Program-made: the position numbers and the translations under genes
Part shown: positions 13,461 to 26,859 of the stretch, piece after piece
Numbering within the stretch: position 1 is the stretch's first letter
Layout: each line of letters begins with the position of its first letter
Origin: the human T2T-CHM13v2.0 reference genome, Homo sapiens
Assembly: GCF_009914755.1 (NCBI RefSeq)
Contig: NC_060928.1
Strand: one strand, 5' to 3'
DNA length: 64,000 nt
Notes under the pieces: model-generated
What the model was told of the DNA's origin: nothing
What the model saw: only the letters and a program-made list of their open reading frames with translations
The model's database searches: none

Positions 13461-15504
13461 AGAAAAGAATAAATGAAAAGACAAAATACAAAAATAAGTT
13501 AGACTTTTTTCTAACCTATTTTTATAGAAATCGACCTATTAAACTGTCCTACCTTTGTATAATTGAATAAGTATGACGTTAGTGCCCAGCTCCGCATCTG
13601 ATATGTTACATACCCAAAAAGTTTATTGAATCAATGAAGAAATAAAAGAAAGAATAGATGGAATAATAGAAAAATACAAGGACGATGGATTTAAACTTCT
13701 GCTGATAACTTAGAAAATTATCTCCAAAATCAGAATCCCTATTATGCATTTTCCTTCTAATTTTCTATATCTAATTGATACTGCATTGGAAAATTTTAAC
13801 CTAACCTAAATTTCAAAAAAGCATTTGCACATGAATATATGTCATTAAGCATCAAACTTTGTGACATTTACATGAGTCACTGCCTTCTTTTTTACTTTTT
13901 TTCAACTTCCTGACTTGGATTTATATTAGAAGAATGGAAACAGCTGGACATCTGAGTTTTTCTAGATTTCTAACTTTATTTTTCCGGTGTATATGATAAT
14001 GAAGTTAAATATCTATTCTATGTATTTTTCTTCTAAGCAGTGAAGTAATCCAAAAAGGGAAAAGTCTATACTTACAGTTGAATGTAAACATAATCTTGTT
14101 TATTATTTAGATATTTTCTTATGGATCAATCTTTATTCTTTTTGATAAATCAATGTTTCTGTTTCTCTTCTCTCTCTATCTGTGTATCTCACCTTTATTG
14201 TTTTCCACAGAGTAAAGTCAGCTTTGTAATTTAAAATTAGAGAAACTGTAATTTCTGAACAGAAAACACTAGCATCCTGCAGATCTTGCATGTTAGGGTA
14301 CACTTTCCCACTCTTTTTTCTCTCCCATTAAAACTTTCTTGCCATACTCCCTGTTCAGGAAGGCTTCCCACCTGACTCATGGGTCAACTTGAACTAAATT
14401 TTAAATTAATAATACCATTTGTAATTTAAATTAGTTCATGGATGCTTTAACCTTTTCCATTTAATGTAGTTTGCGAAAGTCTTAACCCAAAGAAGTGGCT
14501 AATGTGACAGCCCCCCAGGAAGATGAGAGTCTAAAAGGAGTGGTCAGAGAACAGAAGAATGGGTCAGAAAAGAGGTGAGTTAGAGGAACCCAATTTCATC
14601 AGAAGAGATACTTTCCTCACAAAAGAAAAGTTTTCCCAGAGAATGACATCTGTCAAAACTTCTGAAGCTGGGCAACTTGTGTTTTCTGATAACCCTAGTC
14701 TTCCTGCTTTCCCACTAAACTTTTAAAATGTTTTTCTTTTCCATTTCTGGAGCCTGTTATAAATCATTTTATAGACCAGAGAAGAAAGAAAAAAATTACC
14801 AGCAGCATTTTTTCAAATATATTAGAAACTATAGAAATTCTCAAGATATGCATCAGTCTAAAGAGTCTAGGAAATTACTTTTCAAAAGTAACCACTTACA
14901 AGTGAACATTTGCTTTCCTAAATCACTAAGAACCAACTTTATTGAATCAGTAGAAGCAGCTCTTCATTTTTTTCTTGTTGATCAGAATTTCATTAAGCTG
15001 TTCCTTAATGCTCCATGACTTCGTTTGCTCCGGATTTACATTACTCAACCATATCCCTTAAGCTTAATTAAATTTGTTTGTCCATGCCTTGAGCACTTTT
15101 CTCTGTTCTGCAGCAAAAAAAGGTAAAAATCAAGGGACACTCACTCATCTGTGAAGCTGTCGGTCCATCATAACTTAAATATTGATTTTGGGGAAGGTTG
15201 TGACATTCCCTAGGTGAGCATGTCAAGTTTGTTGACAGAGAGCTCCCTACTTAACTGAATATGATGTCTGTATGGGAAGTGATGAAGTACATCAGTGATG
15301 TATAAGTTTTCTCTGTCACTGTGTGTGCAGTAGAGGGTAATGATATTCCATCGTGTGCTGACCAAACTCCATGCGCCTTGTCTTATTACTTCAGTATTTT
15401 TTCCCTTAAAGACCTGGGAGCAATACAGTTATTCATCCAAGAGATGATTATGCATTAAAAAAACCTGAAGCATGAAATATCAGATGGGGATAGTCATAAA
15501 TGAT

Positions 15505-15682
15505 TTGCCACATGAGTAATAACTTTAATTTGGTCGCTAAACTTACAGTGTAGTTTTACTCATCTGTAATATGGGAGTAATGATCATCCTTCCTGTCATT
15601 AACTACTTCTCAGCAGTGTTGTAAAGATTAATTTGTGTTCCTAAATGGCTTTTCAAATGAAAAGTGCAGTGTAAATGTTAGT
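15505..15682 (+). mobile_element. Ancient CORE-SINE (MIR3/amniote MIR-like)
   Basis: ctcatctgtaatatggga core; gtgttgtaaagattaatt...gcttttcaaatgaaaagtgc tail. Confidence 0.55.
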
Positions 15683-16319
15683 TTCTAGAGCATAGCCCCT
15701 CTTGGCAAGTGCTGGCTTTGTCTCTGATTAACATTTAAAATGCTGTATAAGGAATTAAATTTTGCTTGGACAATAACAGAGGAATATTTTCAGTTAGTTT
15801 AAAGAGACAGTGAAGCACAATTCAAGACATTACCAAACATAAAACAAAAAGTTTAGCTACATCAATTTAACAAATATATTGCCTAAATCATTACTTTGTC
15901 ATTTATAGGTTTCTGATGAAAAAAAAAAAAAGATCTCTGGCTTTCAACCTAACAAATTACATTGCATTGCACTAGTAAGTTATCCAAATTAGCCTGAAAC
16001 CATTTCTTCTGCTAATACATGCAGAAACATTCTAAGGTAATATTTTATACTCTGATTTCTCAGGTTTTCATTTGGTTCAGATGTACATTTAAATGATTGC
16101 TTACTCAGGTCTCTGGCTATTTCATGTCTGGCAAAATTATAGGGTTCAGATTCACATAAAGATGAATAAAAATAGGAGAAGTAACTTCTTCACGTGTTGG
16201 AAACTCTGGTTAAGCATTAACATTGCTCTACTGCTAAGTACAGACTAGATGTTAAGAAGCTGCAGCACCTAAACTGCCTAGGCTTTAGCTCCACTTATGA
16301 GTGAGGGAATGTCAGTTAA

Positions 16320-16640
16320 TTTTTCTGCCCTCTTCTCAGCCTTGCTTCTGTGAAAATGTTCTTTTCTAACTTTCCTCCTACCTTTCTGTCTGCTCACTCT
16401 TTTTTAGTCTTTATTTTCCTAGATTTTGCTCCAACTGAGTAGATTTTATACAGTATCTATTTTGGCATTTAAAACACACCCTCACAACACCTGAGAACTG
16501 ACTCAACATTGCCACTTGCATGGGCCATATAGGCATCTCAAACTCATCACGAGCAAAAGTGAATTTAAAGTCTTTCTCTCACCTCCTGGTCTTTTCCTGC
16601 TCTATCCTAGCAAACAACACCCATATCTTACCAAAGACAC
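16320..16640 (+). mobile_element. L2 fragment
   Basis: ccacttgcatg...taggcatctcaaactca (L2 ORF2 HLKL region). Confidence 0.65.
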
Positions 16641-16665
16641 AAAGATGTCTTTGAAAATCTTTTAT

Positions 16666-17010
16666 CATTAATTTCTTGAACACATTTTTATGACTATACA
16701 CTGTATACACGTACTGCGTAATACACTGAGCAAAATGAAAAGAGAGTCCCTGTTCTCAGGTAGCTCACAGTCTAGCGAAAGAGATATATTTTAATAAAAT
16801 AATAAGGATAATAGCTAGTCTGGAAGAGGCCATCAATGGGATTCTGTGATAACATTTAAGACCATGGCACCTGAGAAGGCTGACCTGAGGAAGTGATGAC
16901 TAAATTTAGATCTGAAGATTGGGAAATACATAAAAGAGTGAAAAAAAAGGGGCGAAGAGGGAGAAAGGGTTAAATAGTGAGGGTATTTCAGACAGAAGGA
17001 AGAGCATGTG
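16666..17010 (-). mobile_element. L2 3' fragment
   Basis: gtccctgttctcaggtagctcacagtctag; ctgaggaagtgatgac. Confidence 0.7.
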
Positions 17011-17989
17011 CCCTTTTCCCCTCATCAAATCAGACCCCAAATCATGGACCTCTAAGCCAATTCTCTCTAAGGTATCACATGTACACACCATTTACAATCT
17101 CCACCTCTGCCACCACTTTTACTTTCTATCATCATAGCACTACCTTCATATTCAAGCCACAAATGCTTATATATCCTCAATATGTATCTCCTCCCCCTTC
17201 TAGAAATCCCTTAAAATCTCTTATCAAAATCCAGTGGAATTCTGATAGCCTCTTAACTCTCTTTCTCCCGTTATTTCTCCTCTGCAAATTTTATTATATT
17301 CTGCTCTAAATTCTCTCCTCTTTTACAATGGAAATTCTGATAGTCTCTCAATCTTCAATCTTCTCTAGGTTTGTTAGTTGATTAGTTTGTTTTTATTGTC
17401 AAAGATGTACAGAATACACAGAATTCCTCATGCAATGGAGAAGAAAGAGAAGGAGGAATTTCAAATACCTTTATTTATTTTTCTTTAAGTGGAGAGGACA
17501 CAAGTACATACTTGGTTCTTTTACTTCTTACCATGGCTCAAATTTAGGTGCATATATTTTCCTATGTATCATGAAGTTGGAAAATGTCAATTCTACTTTA
17601 TAACAGCTTACTAGTTTTATTTTATGACAAATGGAGAAAATACGATTTATTAAAAAAAGTATTTTAACCTCATTTGAACTTAATATTGGCATATTATACC
17701 TAAGGAGAAAATCCAAACCTCATAAATGAATTGCTCTTTCTAAGAAAGTGGACAGAGTTTTGCACTGGAGAAATATAATCCTACCTTACCCCGTCCTGTA
17801 TTCTCCATTTACTATGGTAATATTCTGACTCAGCTTTTGGAAAAGACATTGCACATTCTTCCATAAGTCAGGGAAGATACATAAAAATTCAGAAGCAACC
17901 CTTATTCCACTCTAGAGCTTACAAGCCTTTTAAACCATAGGAGCTATCTGTGTCCTGAAATGACACTAGAAACATGAAAAAATAAACAG

Positions 17990-18180
17990 TAACAATTTTA
18001 TAGTTTATGGCATATATACACTCTCACTTAATTTCCAACAACCAAGTGGGATCACTTTTAATATTTTCATTTTATAAGAGAAAATTACAATTCAGAGAAG
18101 ATACGAAATTTGTTCCCAGAACTCATATTATCAGTTCAAGAGTTAGCACCAGAATTGGTTATCTGCTCTGATGCTGTGTT
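17990..18180 (-). mobile_element. MIR
   Basis: ctcacttaatttccacaaacc...cattttataaga...ttcagagaag. Confidence 0.55.
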
Positions 18181-18229
18181 CCCCTAGGATTACTCAACAC
18201 TAGCTTTATGAGTCATACAGATTGGAAGT

Positions 18230-18655
18230 TCATATAGTTTGGATCTGTGTCCCCACCCAAATTTCATAATAAAATGTAATTCCCAGTGTTGCAGGTGGGG
18301 ACTGGTGGGAGATAATTTCATGGTGGGAGTGGATTTCTCCTAAATAGTTTACACCTTCCCTCTCAGTACTGTCCTCATGGTAGCAAGTGAGTTCCCATGA
18401 GATCTGGTTGTTTTAAAGTGTGTTGCACCTCCCCGCTCTCTCTCTTGCTCCTTCTGTGGCCATGTGACACCCCTGCTGCCCCTTCACCTCCTGCCATGAT
18501 TGTAAGTTTCCTGAGGCTTCCCAAAAACCCAAGCAGATGCCAGCATCATGCTTCCTGTATATCCTGCAGAACCATGAGCCAATTAAACCTCTTTTCTGTA
18601 TAAATTATCCAGTCTCAGGTACTTCTTTATAGCAATGTGAGAACAGAGTAACACA
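18230..18655 (+). mobile_element. MSTA-like solo LTR (MaLR)
   Basis: tcatatagtttggatctgtgtcccc...gtaacaca; TSD gaagt at 18225-18229 and 18656-18660. Confidence 0.92.
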
Positions 18656-18877
18656 GAAGTCGGCTGGTTAACTGGCTTTGACTATTACTTCATCTTTGAA
18701 AGTATCCTACTTGCTGACTAACACATCATATTTTGGGGGCCAGTACCTCTAGGAGCCCAATTCCAACATTTTTTTCATTACCATCCAGTTTTCCAATCCA
18801 TTTAACTGTGCTCAGTAACCCCTTAGAGTCCCACTTTTCCCTATATCTTGTTCAGTTCCATACCCATCCTTATAATC

Positions 18878-19285
18878 AGTATGGCAGAGATAGATAAGTA
18901 GAAGTCTTTGAAAATATATTATACCCTTCTAGAGTAACAAACATGTAACTGAAAAGCAAGTATCCACCCAGGAATTACCTTCCCTAGGTATACTGGTAGT
19001 AAGTGTGGTCATATGATTAGCTCTCCCCAATAGAATGTGAGAGAATGTGATGTGTCCTACTGCTGAAATGATTTTTTAATTGGTTTTTCTTTTATTTTCT
19101 TCCCCTTGACCTAATTAGAAGCATTAATAAATAAACAAATAAATAAGTCAAGACCACTGAATCATCTAATGGGAAAGACACACTTACCAACCTGATATGT
19201 GTATGAGAAACAAAATATTTTATTTTGGTTGAACCATTATATTAAGAGTCTACTTAGAGCAGCTTAGACTATCTTAGCCAATATA
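18878..19285 (+). mobile_element. MLT1J/I-like LTR
   Basis: gtgtggtcatatgattagctctccccaatagaatgtgag motif. Confidence 0.6.
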
Positions 19286-19299
19286 TGCCTCCACACCCT

Positions 19300-21432
19300 T
19301 CCCCCCTCTCCCTCAGTCATACTGATGTGTCTAGTTCAATCCATCTTTCTGCTCTGGGAACTAAACAACTGAGCATGTCTCCAGAAAATTTTTTTTTTTT
19401 TTTAAAAAGGGAATACCATGCTACCTTGTGTTACCTGGTCTCTCTTTACATGGTGAAATCTCAGTCTCAGTGCTAGCCCAAAATGTTACTGCATATCTCC
19501 AGGAGGTACGTCCTCTCTTATTAGCTGACTGCTTCATATCTGTGCTATTCTCAACTTTCAACATTCCTCCCACCACGATTTCACCTGATAATCTTGGTTT
19601 ATTTTACTGAGAAAATAAAGATGCCAATAGAAAGCTATTACAACCTACCCCCATCAAATCTGTCGACCTCATTGTATCTGCGCGCAGGTTTTTCATGCCT
19701 TCCCTCCTTGGTAGAACTCTTATTATCTTACCTAAGCTAACTCACCAATCCATCCAGACACCAATTCTCTTCAAGGTCACTCACGGATCACGGATTTTAT
19801 TTTCAACCTTCAATCTGATCAATCTTGTGCATACATATTATAGGTATTATTAATTATATTAAATATGTATTACAACTTGTTATAATATATATTCATATAT
19901 ATTTATAAAATACATACAAATTATTTTATATCTTAAAAATTTACCTCTTTTATCTTTAATTTTCCTTCACACACCTTTTCGATCTTCTGTTCTATTTTAA
20001 AATGAAACACTTCTGGTTCCATTCTTCTCCTTCTTTCTTGAATCTGCACCAATTAACATCTTATCTCCAACTCCTAAAGTTGTTGTTATAAAGGTTATCA
20101 ATGATTTTCACGTTGGCTAAATCTATTTGTCAATTTTTAATCCACTTCTGCCTTAATCTATCATCTATATTTCATCACTGCAATATTCTTAAAATGCTTT
20201 TTTTGTCATTTGGTTTCTTGGATACCATACTCTTTTATTAGTTTTTCTTTATATCACTGTCTTCTGCTCCTTTCTTTTCTGTTCTGTATCTTTATTACTC
20301 CTATGTCTAAATATTAGAGTGTCCCAGGAATGTGTCTTTAGATATCTTCTCTATCTACACTATCTATACTACTTAAGATTCTTAGGTGATATTATCTTGT
20401 TCCATGACTTTAATTACCAATTTGATGCTTAGAAATGCCCAAATTTGCATCTGCAACTAAGAACTGTCTAATGAACTTCTAACTCATTGCCTGTTCAACA
20501 TTTTCTCTTTAATACGTAATATTCAAGACTATAAATCTCAAATTTAGCATATAAAAAATATAATTCAACCTTTGCTACAACCTGCTCCTCCTTCAGTCTT
20601 CCCCATTCCAGGAAATGACAACTTCATGTACCTTGTTGTCTAGGCAAAATCCTTTTGGTCTCACCCACTTTCTTCATTACACCACCAAATCTTGTTAGCT
20701 TTACCTTAAAATAAATGCAGAAACAGAATATTTTCCACCATTTTCACTGCTCCTGTTTCAGCCCAAGGCAGCATCATCTATTTCCTGGTTTGTTGAAGTA
20801 GCTTCCTAACTGTTCTCCCCAATTCTGCCTTTGTCTTCTTTAGGCCATGAGTAATATTGTCAAGACATAAATCAGATTATGGTCTTCCCTTGCTTACAAC
20901 ACTCCAGCAGCTTCCCACCAAACTCATAGTAAAAGCTTAATTCCTTAAAAGCTTTATATGATCTAGATTCCATAGCCACTGTGATTTAATTACCTCTTTC
21001 CCCCACCACAATTTAGCTCTAGTTTCTCTGGTGTCATTGCCATTCCTCCAGCAGGCTTGGGCACACTACCATGTCTGGGTTTTACACTTACTATTTTTTT
21101 TTCTTCTCCCATAATGCCTTTTCCAGTATTTATGTGACTTGGGCTCCAATTTCCTATAAATATCAAGAAAGGGCCAGCTCCTCAAATATGTTTTTCTTGA
21201 CCATCCTATAAAGAAAACCATATGCCACTTGCTTTCTCTTCATTCTTCCTTTCTTTTTATAAACATTATTGCTTCCCACCTTTTACTTCTTTCATTTTTG
21301 TTCTCTCAACACTACATTATAAGCTTCATGACAGCAGGACTTTGTATACTGTCTTCATTTTTATATTTCTAGCCCCAAGAACAGCATCTTTCACAGAGGA
21401 TATACAAAATAAATATCCATTGAGTGAATTAT
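19300..21432 (+). mobile_element. Long degenerate L2 (ORF2 relic to 3' end)
   Basis: ttttactgagaaaata; tagagtgtcccagg; aagcttcatgacagcaggactttgt; L2 tail at about 21430. Confidence 0.8.
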
Positions 21433-23374
21433 CAATCCTCCCAAACACATTATGAAAGCATCAGGAACAGTATCAACAACCGTAAGTGAGGAGTATTGAC
21501 TTTGTCAAGGGAATTTTTGTCAAAATTTATTCAAACTGCTGTCTTTCTTTAGCTACATTTAAATATTATATCAGATTTTGGAGGTGGGGAAAAACTCTGA
21601 CACAACTCCCTTGATTATTTTGCTATAAATATATCTCCCCCAGATTTGTGAAACTCTTGAGCTCCCACAAGCTTCACATAACATAATTGTCTTCATGGAG
21701 CTTCACAGTCACCAAAGAACTACTTTTGACATCAATTAGTGAGACAGGATGAGTTATGAGACCACAGTTAGTATGAAGGTTCAGAGTAAACACTTAATGC
21801 ATTATAACTCATCTGGGAGGATGTAGGTAAATGATGGATAGACTCAAAATGCCTAACAAACTACTCTACTGAAAACAGAGAGGTCAGAACAAACCTTAAG
21901 CATCCCTGAAGCATTAACATAAGCCAAGAAGTAAGGTTTGAGAAAGTGGATCTATGTAAGCATATTTTAGTACAGCCATTATAATTCTATGTAAGAAACT
22001 CAAGTGGATGGTAAGTATAATTTAATTTTCATTTCTGAATTAACTTGGAATATAAAGCTCCACTTCACTGTTCTGCAGAAAATAATCTTATTTCTTTTTG
22101 TGTTCTACATCCTTGTTATTGAAACTGATTTCAAAATTCTGAGTCTTTGTATAATAACAAGCTATGTGGTGGAGTTGAAATAGAATTATCAATTGAATTC
22201 ATTACATTTACTCAATGTAACCTGTCAGGCATCAACAAAGAGTTAAATCTTCCTGTGTGGCCAATTCTTAGTGTTCTACAATTTTCAGCTTTTTAGCTCT
22301 TGCAGCTCTTCAATCGATCTGGTAAACAGCTAGCATTTTGCAGTTTTAGTGAAAATTCTAATATGTTGTAGAGAAACCTTTCCTACTCCCACTTCTCTGC
22401 TGTTCTTAAACAAATGGAGTTTATTTGCCATGTGCAGAACATCCTATGCAGCTGTCTTCCTAAAAACACCGTGTTCTAGGTCATGCATTTCATTATTGTG
22501 TGCATGATCACTGTTATGCTGCATTTGTACTTTTCTCAGAATTTCTTAGGACTATCTAAAGCTGGTTCTTTGTACATATATTGTGAAGCCATATTCTTGG
22601 GGACCCAGCTCTCCTCTGATCTTATATCAAAGATCCTATGGGACTTACAAAATTCTTGTTTCCTTTAGATCTTTCCTGACTCCCAGACTAGAAACCTTTA
22701 CAAATCTCAGAGACAAAAAGTCTTGCTCTAAGTCATCACTTTTATCATGTTTACCCCAAAAGATAATGTCTTTGACTGGAGTCCTTTCTGTTTCTCCCTA
22801 CTGTTTATATTCTCGTTCTTTTTTTTAAAAATCTATGCATTTCTTCCTTGCCAAAATAGGCACTATCCAAAATGGTCAAGGAGAGTGGATTGGGGAAGGT
22901 AATAAAAGGGAAAGAAAACTAGTAACGACAGCAAGGGGTACAAATAACATTTCCAAAATGCACTATTTTGTCACGTAGAGGAGTATGGAAGATACAACAA
23001 TGATACCTGGCTTCTTATGCTCCCAAATCTCCTTAAATATTGCCTCCTAATATGATCAGTGATTTCCTTGCCATGCCCTCACATCTAGCTGAGAGTCTGT
23101 ATATATTACCTTAATGCTGAATTCTTAGAAAAATTCCATACAAATGTGAAAATGAATATCAATAGCCTACTTTTCTTTGGGGAAGAAATAAGCAATTTTT
23201 ATAACAAATGGATAATTTTGGAAAGATTTATAGATGAGATGCTATGGAAGAGTGAGAGGTAAACCCATAGAATAGATATTTGGGAATATACAGGACTTAT
23301 GCTGCTGCAGATAATAGTATGCAGGTCTAAACATCAGACTTAATCTAGTTATGTAAACACAAAGTGAATGGGCC

Positions 23375-23770
23375 TATATTAGCCAGCATCTGTAACTCCT
23401 ATGGCTATCACAAAAAATGTTCTCCAAATCTAAATGACTTGACACAATAGAAGTTATTTTTCATGCAAAACAAAACATGGATGTTTCTGGCTGGACAATT
23501 TTCCTGGTGACTTGCAACTCAGTGGTCACTTAGCCTCAGGGATCCAGGCCACCTGTATCTTGGATTCCACCATCCTCAATATTCAATCTACAATGTTGAT
23601 GCATAAGACAAGGATTTTTACTGTGTCAAATTGCAAATGGTACACCCCACTTTCACCCTCATGCCAGTGGAAAGCATCACTTCTGTGGCCCACCTAGATT
23701 AAGGGGTTAAAACATGAAGTCCTCTGGTGATGAAATTCTTTGCTGAATGCATAGCATTATCTGTGCCCCA
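23375..23770 (-). mobile_element. MLT1J/I-like LTR
   Basis: tatattagccag...gacttgacacaatagaagttattt...cagggatccaggc. Confidence 0.6.
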
Positions 23771-24127
23771 GGACTTTTATGACCAACTCGTTGTAAGACG
23801 GAAAGAGAGGGTAGGGCCTTTAATAAAAATTGGCTCTCCTGGTAGCAACAGTAACATCAAACTAAAGGCTAGATTGCCAGTGAATAAAGCATTAAAATGA
23901 CTGACGGCCAGGAATTTGCCTTGCCTGTCATTTCCACCCCTTGCTGATAATAACAACATCTTGGAACATGAAAGTATAATGGACAGCAGCTTGCCAATAA
24001 CTGTTAAGTGTCAACAGAATAGAAATCAGATAAAAGGACAGGTTCAAACCAGTAGCCTAAGTTTAAATTCTAAGCCCTCAAAAACAAACATGTCTGGAAG
24101 AACCATATTTTCAACTACTGATTCAAT

Positions 24128-24481
<354 letters not shown>

Positions 24482-24515
24482 TGAACTTTCCCACCATGCC
24501 TCATGACCACCACCA

Positions 24516-24545
24516 TACACAACTACACACACACACACACACACA
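24516..24545. repeat. (CA)n microsatellite
   Basis: CA run. Confidence 0.85.
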
Positions 24546-26089
24546 AGCACACGCAAAGACAGTGGAAGAAGGAAGTCCAGGCTTGTGGGAAATAGTAAAG
24601 ACAAAAAATTAGGAGGTGTGGAATTTTTCAACTAACACTTAGAGATGGAAAGAAAAAATAGCAATGAACTTTTAAAAACACAAAACAAACAAAAAAAATC
24701 CAAGAGTTGATTCTTCTGATTTTTATTCTAGGATTTAAATTTAGCTTTTAAAATGTTCCTGCTCTAACGGTTTTGATATTTAAAACAATAAGGAACTTTT
24801 ACAAAGTTAGATGTTTTCTGATACATTTAAGACACCCTGTGTGTTTTGTGAATGTCATAACGCCATTAAGTCCCCTTCACAGATGTGCAATTTTATCCTC
24901 TTACTGTGGCTCTTAATGTAGCGAGTGCTTCAGGGAGCCCAAGGTAGTGCCTGGGGGCCTGGCAAGAAGTGCTCAAATCCTTACAGTTGCGTTCAAATTT
25001 TAATATTGTTTCATTAAGAAAAAGCCTGTCAATTAGTGTGGTATTCACTCTCTTTTATTTTGTTTTTACAAGACCCATTTCTCAAAAATTTCCATCCATA
25101 AAATATAGTCTTTCAGGTTAGAAATGTGTTTAAAAATTAATACCTGAAAAACAGCATTTTATCATATTGCTTTCATTATATGACATAACCAAGTGCGTTG
25201 CTAGGCAACTAGCTATGGCTTTTGGAAAACTACATACTTTATAATAGATTACTTTAGAGGCACCTTTTCAAAACAAATAGAATAGAGTTATCGAAAAGCA
25301 TCTTCTGAAATTCTATATAGAAAATGGCTTTTTAAAAAAGTCAACATCTCCAGAACTGGGAAATAGGTGTTCCTATTATATAAGCACTGCAGTTTTCGAC
25401 AGTTTTCATTTAGTAAAAAGAGAGAAAGAGAGAGAGAAGAAAACATATCTTAAATTCCTGTCTATAAACATCCAATCTGCTAATGAAAATATTCATTGTA
25501 AATTATTAATTATATTCAATTTGTGTTTGAATATTTCTTTGGTGAGAAAAAAATATAATCATTTGAAAGGACTTAACTAATGAAAAAGAATAGGCTTAAA
25601 ATAAATTTTTAAAAAGTGAACTGCTAGTGCCCTGGTTCTGGCTACTGGTTTCCTGACTGCTGGCTTACATACAGAAGTGATTATCTAACTTAAAAGAAGC
25701 AACTTATGATGATTAACATTAGTCAGTAACCATTTAATTTAGTATGATGGGCATTATTACATTCAATAAAAGTTTTGAATATATAACATCTAAAGTCTAT
25801 TTCAAATTTATCACTCTATAAAATGTTATATTTTATTCTTTCACAGAATATTTAAAATGGTAAAATAATGCATATTAGCTGTAGAAATTCTGGGAAACTA
25901 CAAAAGAGAAAAGATTTGTCACTTATTATATTAAAATCTACAAAATAATTGTAAATAATTAACTTGTAATTAAGTACAATTACAATTGTAATTGCTATTA
26001 ATATTGTAACATAATATTTTTAGACTTTTTTCTATATATTTTAATTTGCATTTTTTTGTTTTCATTGTTCTATTCACCAAAATGATACT

Positions 26090-26093
<4 letters not shown>

Positions 26094-26123
<30 letters not shown>
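26094..26123. repeat. (TA)n microsatellite
   Basis: TA run. Confidence 0.9.
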
Positions 26124-26124
<1 letters not shown>

Positions 26125-26126
<2 letters not shown>

Positions 26127-26720
26127 TTGTGGCTTACCTGCTTAAAATTAACTTTGTATTGTGGCGACTTTTTTGTGTGTATAACTTTTTTGAAATATAT
26201 TATGGAGTCACTGAGTGACAGCTCACCATATGGCTATACTGTAATTTATTTAGTTATTCCACTATAGCTAAAGTTTTCCACCAATTTTTCATTATTATAA
26301 ATAATGCTGAAATGAATGTCCTTATTCATAAATCATGATTCCTATCTCTGTTGATTTCCCTAGGGTATGTGGCTGCAAGTGAATTTACTGAGTCAAAGAG
26401 TACACATTGTTTCAAGGCTAAACATACATATTTCCAAGTTATTTTTCATAAAGCAAAAAAGAGAAAGTTTACTTTCTTCAAAGTCCAATAGCAAAAGGTG
26501 GAAGGGATGGCAAAATTTTATTGACAAAGAATATTACTGAGTTAAATGCTTTGCCAGTTTGGGGAGAAGGGGAGAAATAGCGAATTGCATATTGTGGTTT
26601 TACTGAAACTATTTTAAAAAATATTTATTGTCTTTTTTTGTGAATTTGGGTCCTTTGTCTATTTTTTTTCAATTAAAGGATTCATTCTTTTATTTTATTT
26701 TTCTAATTAATTTCATAAGT
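26125..26720 (-). mobile_element. Old L1M(E) fragments
   Basis: attataaataatgctgaaatgaatgtcctt; ttactgagtcaaagagta. Confidence 0.6.
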
Positions 26721-26859
26721 TTTTAGTCTATACTTATTGAGGTGGCATTCTTCATAGAGCTAGTGTCAATTTGGACTTTTCTCAGTGTAATAAAATGAAG
26801 ATTTAAAGATGTCAAAAAAGACCAGGCTAGGTCTTTCATATCTCATGGTAGAAACAGCT

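Noticed and set aside
17236-17357. About 20-bp imperfect direct repeat aattctgatag (similar short pairs at 9149, 14224/14418, 43917)
   Set aside because: Short and compatible with slippage or chance in AT-rich DNA
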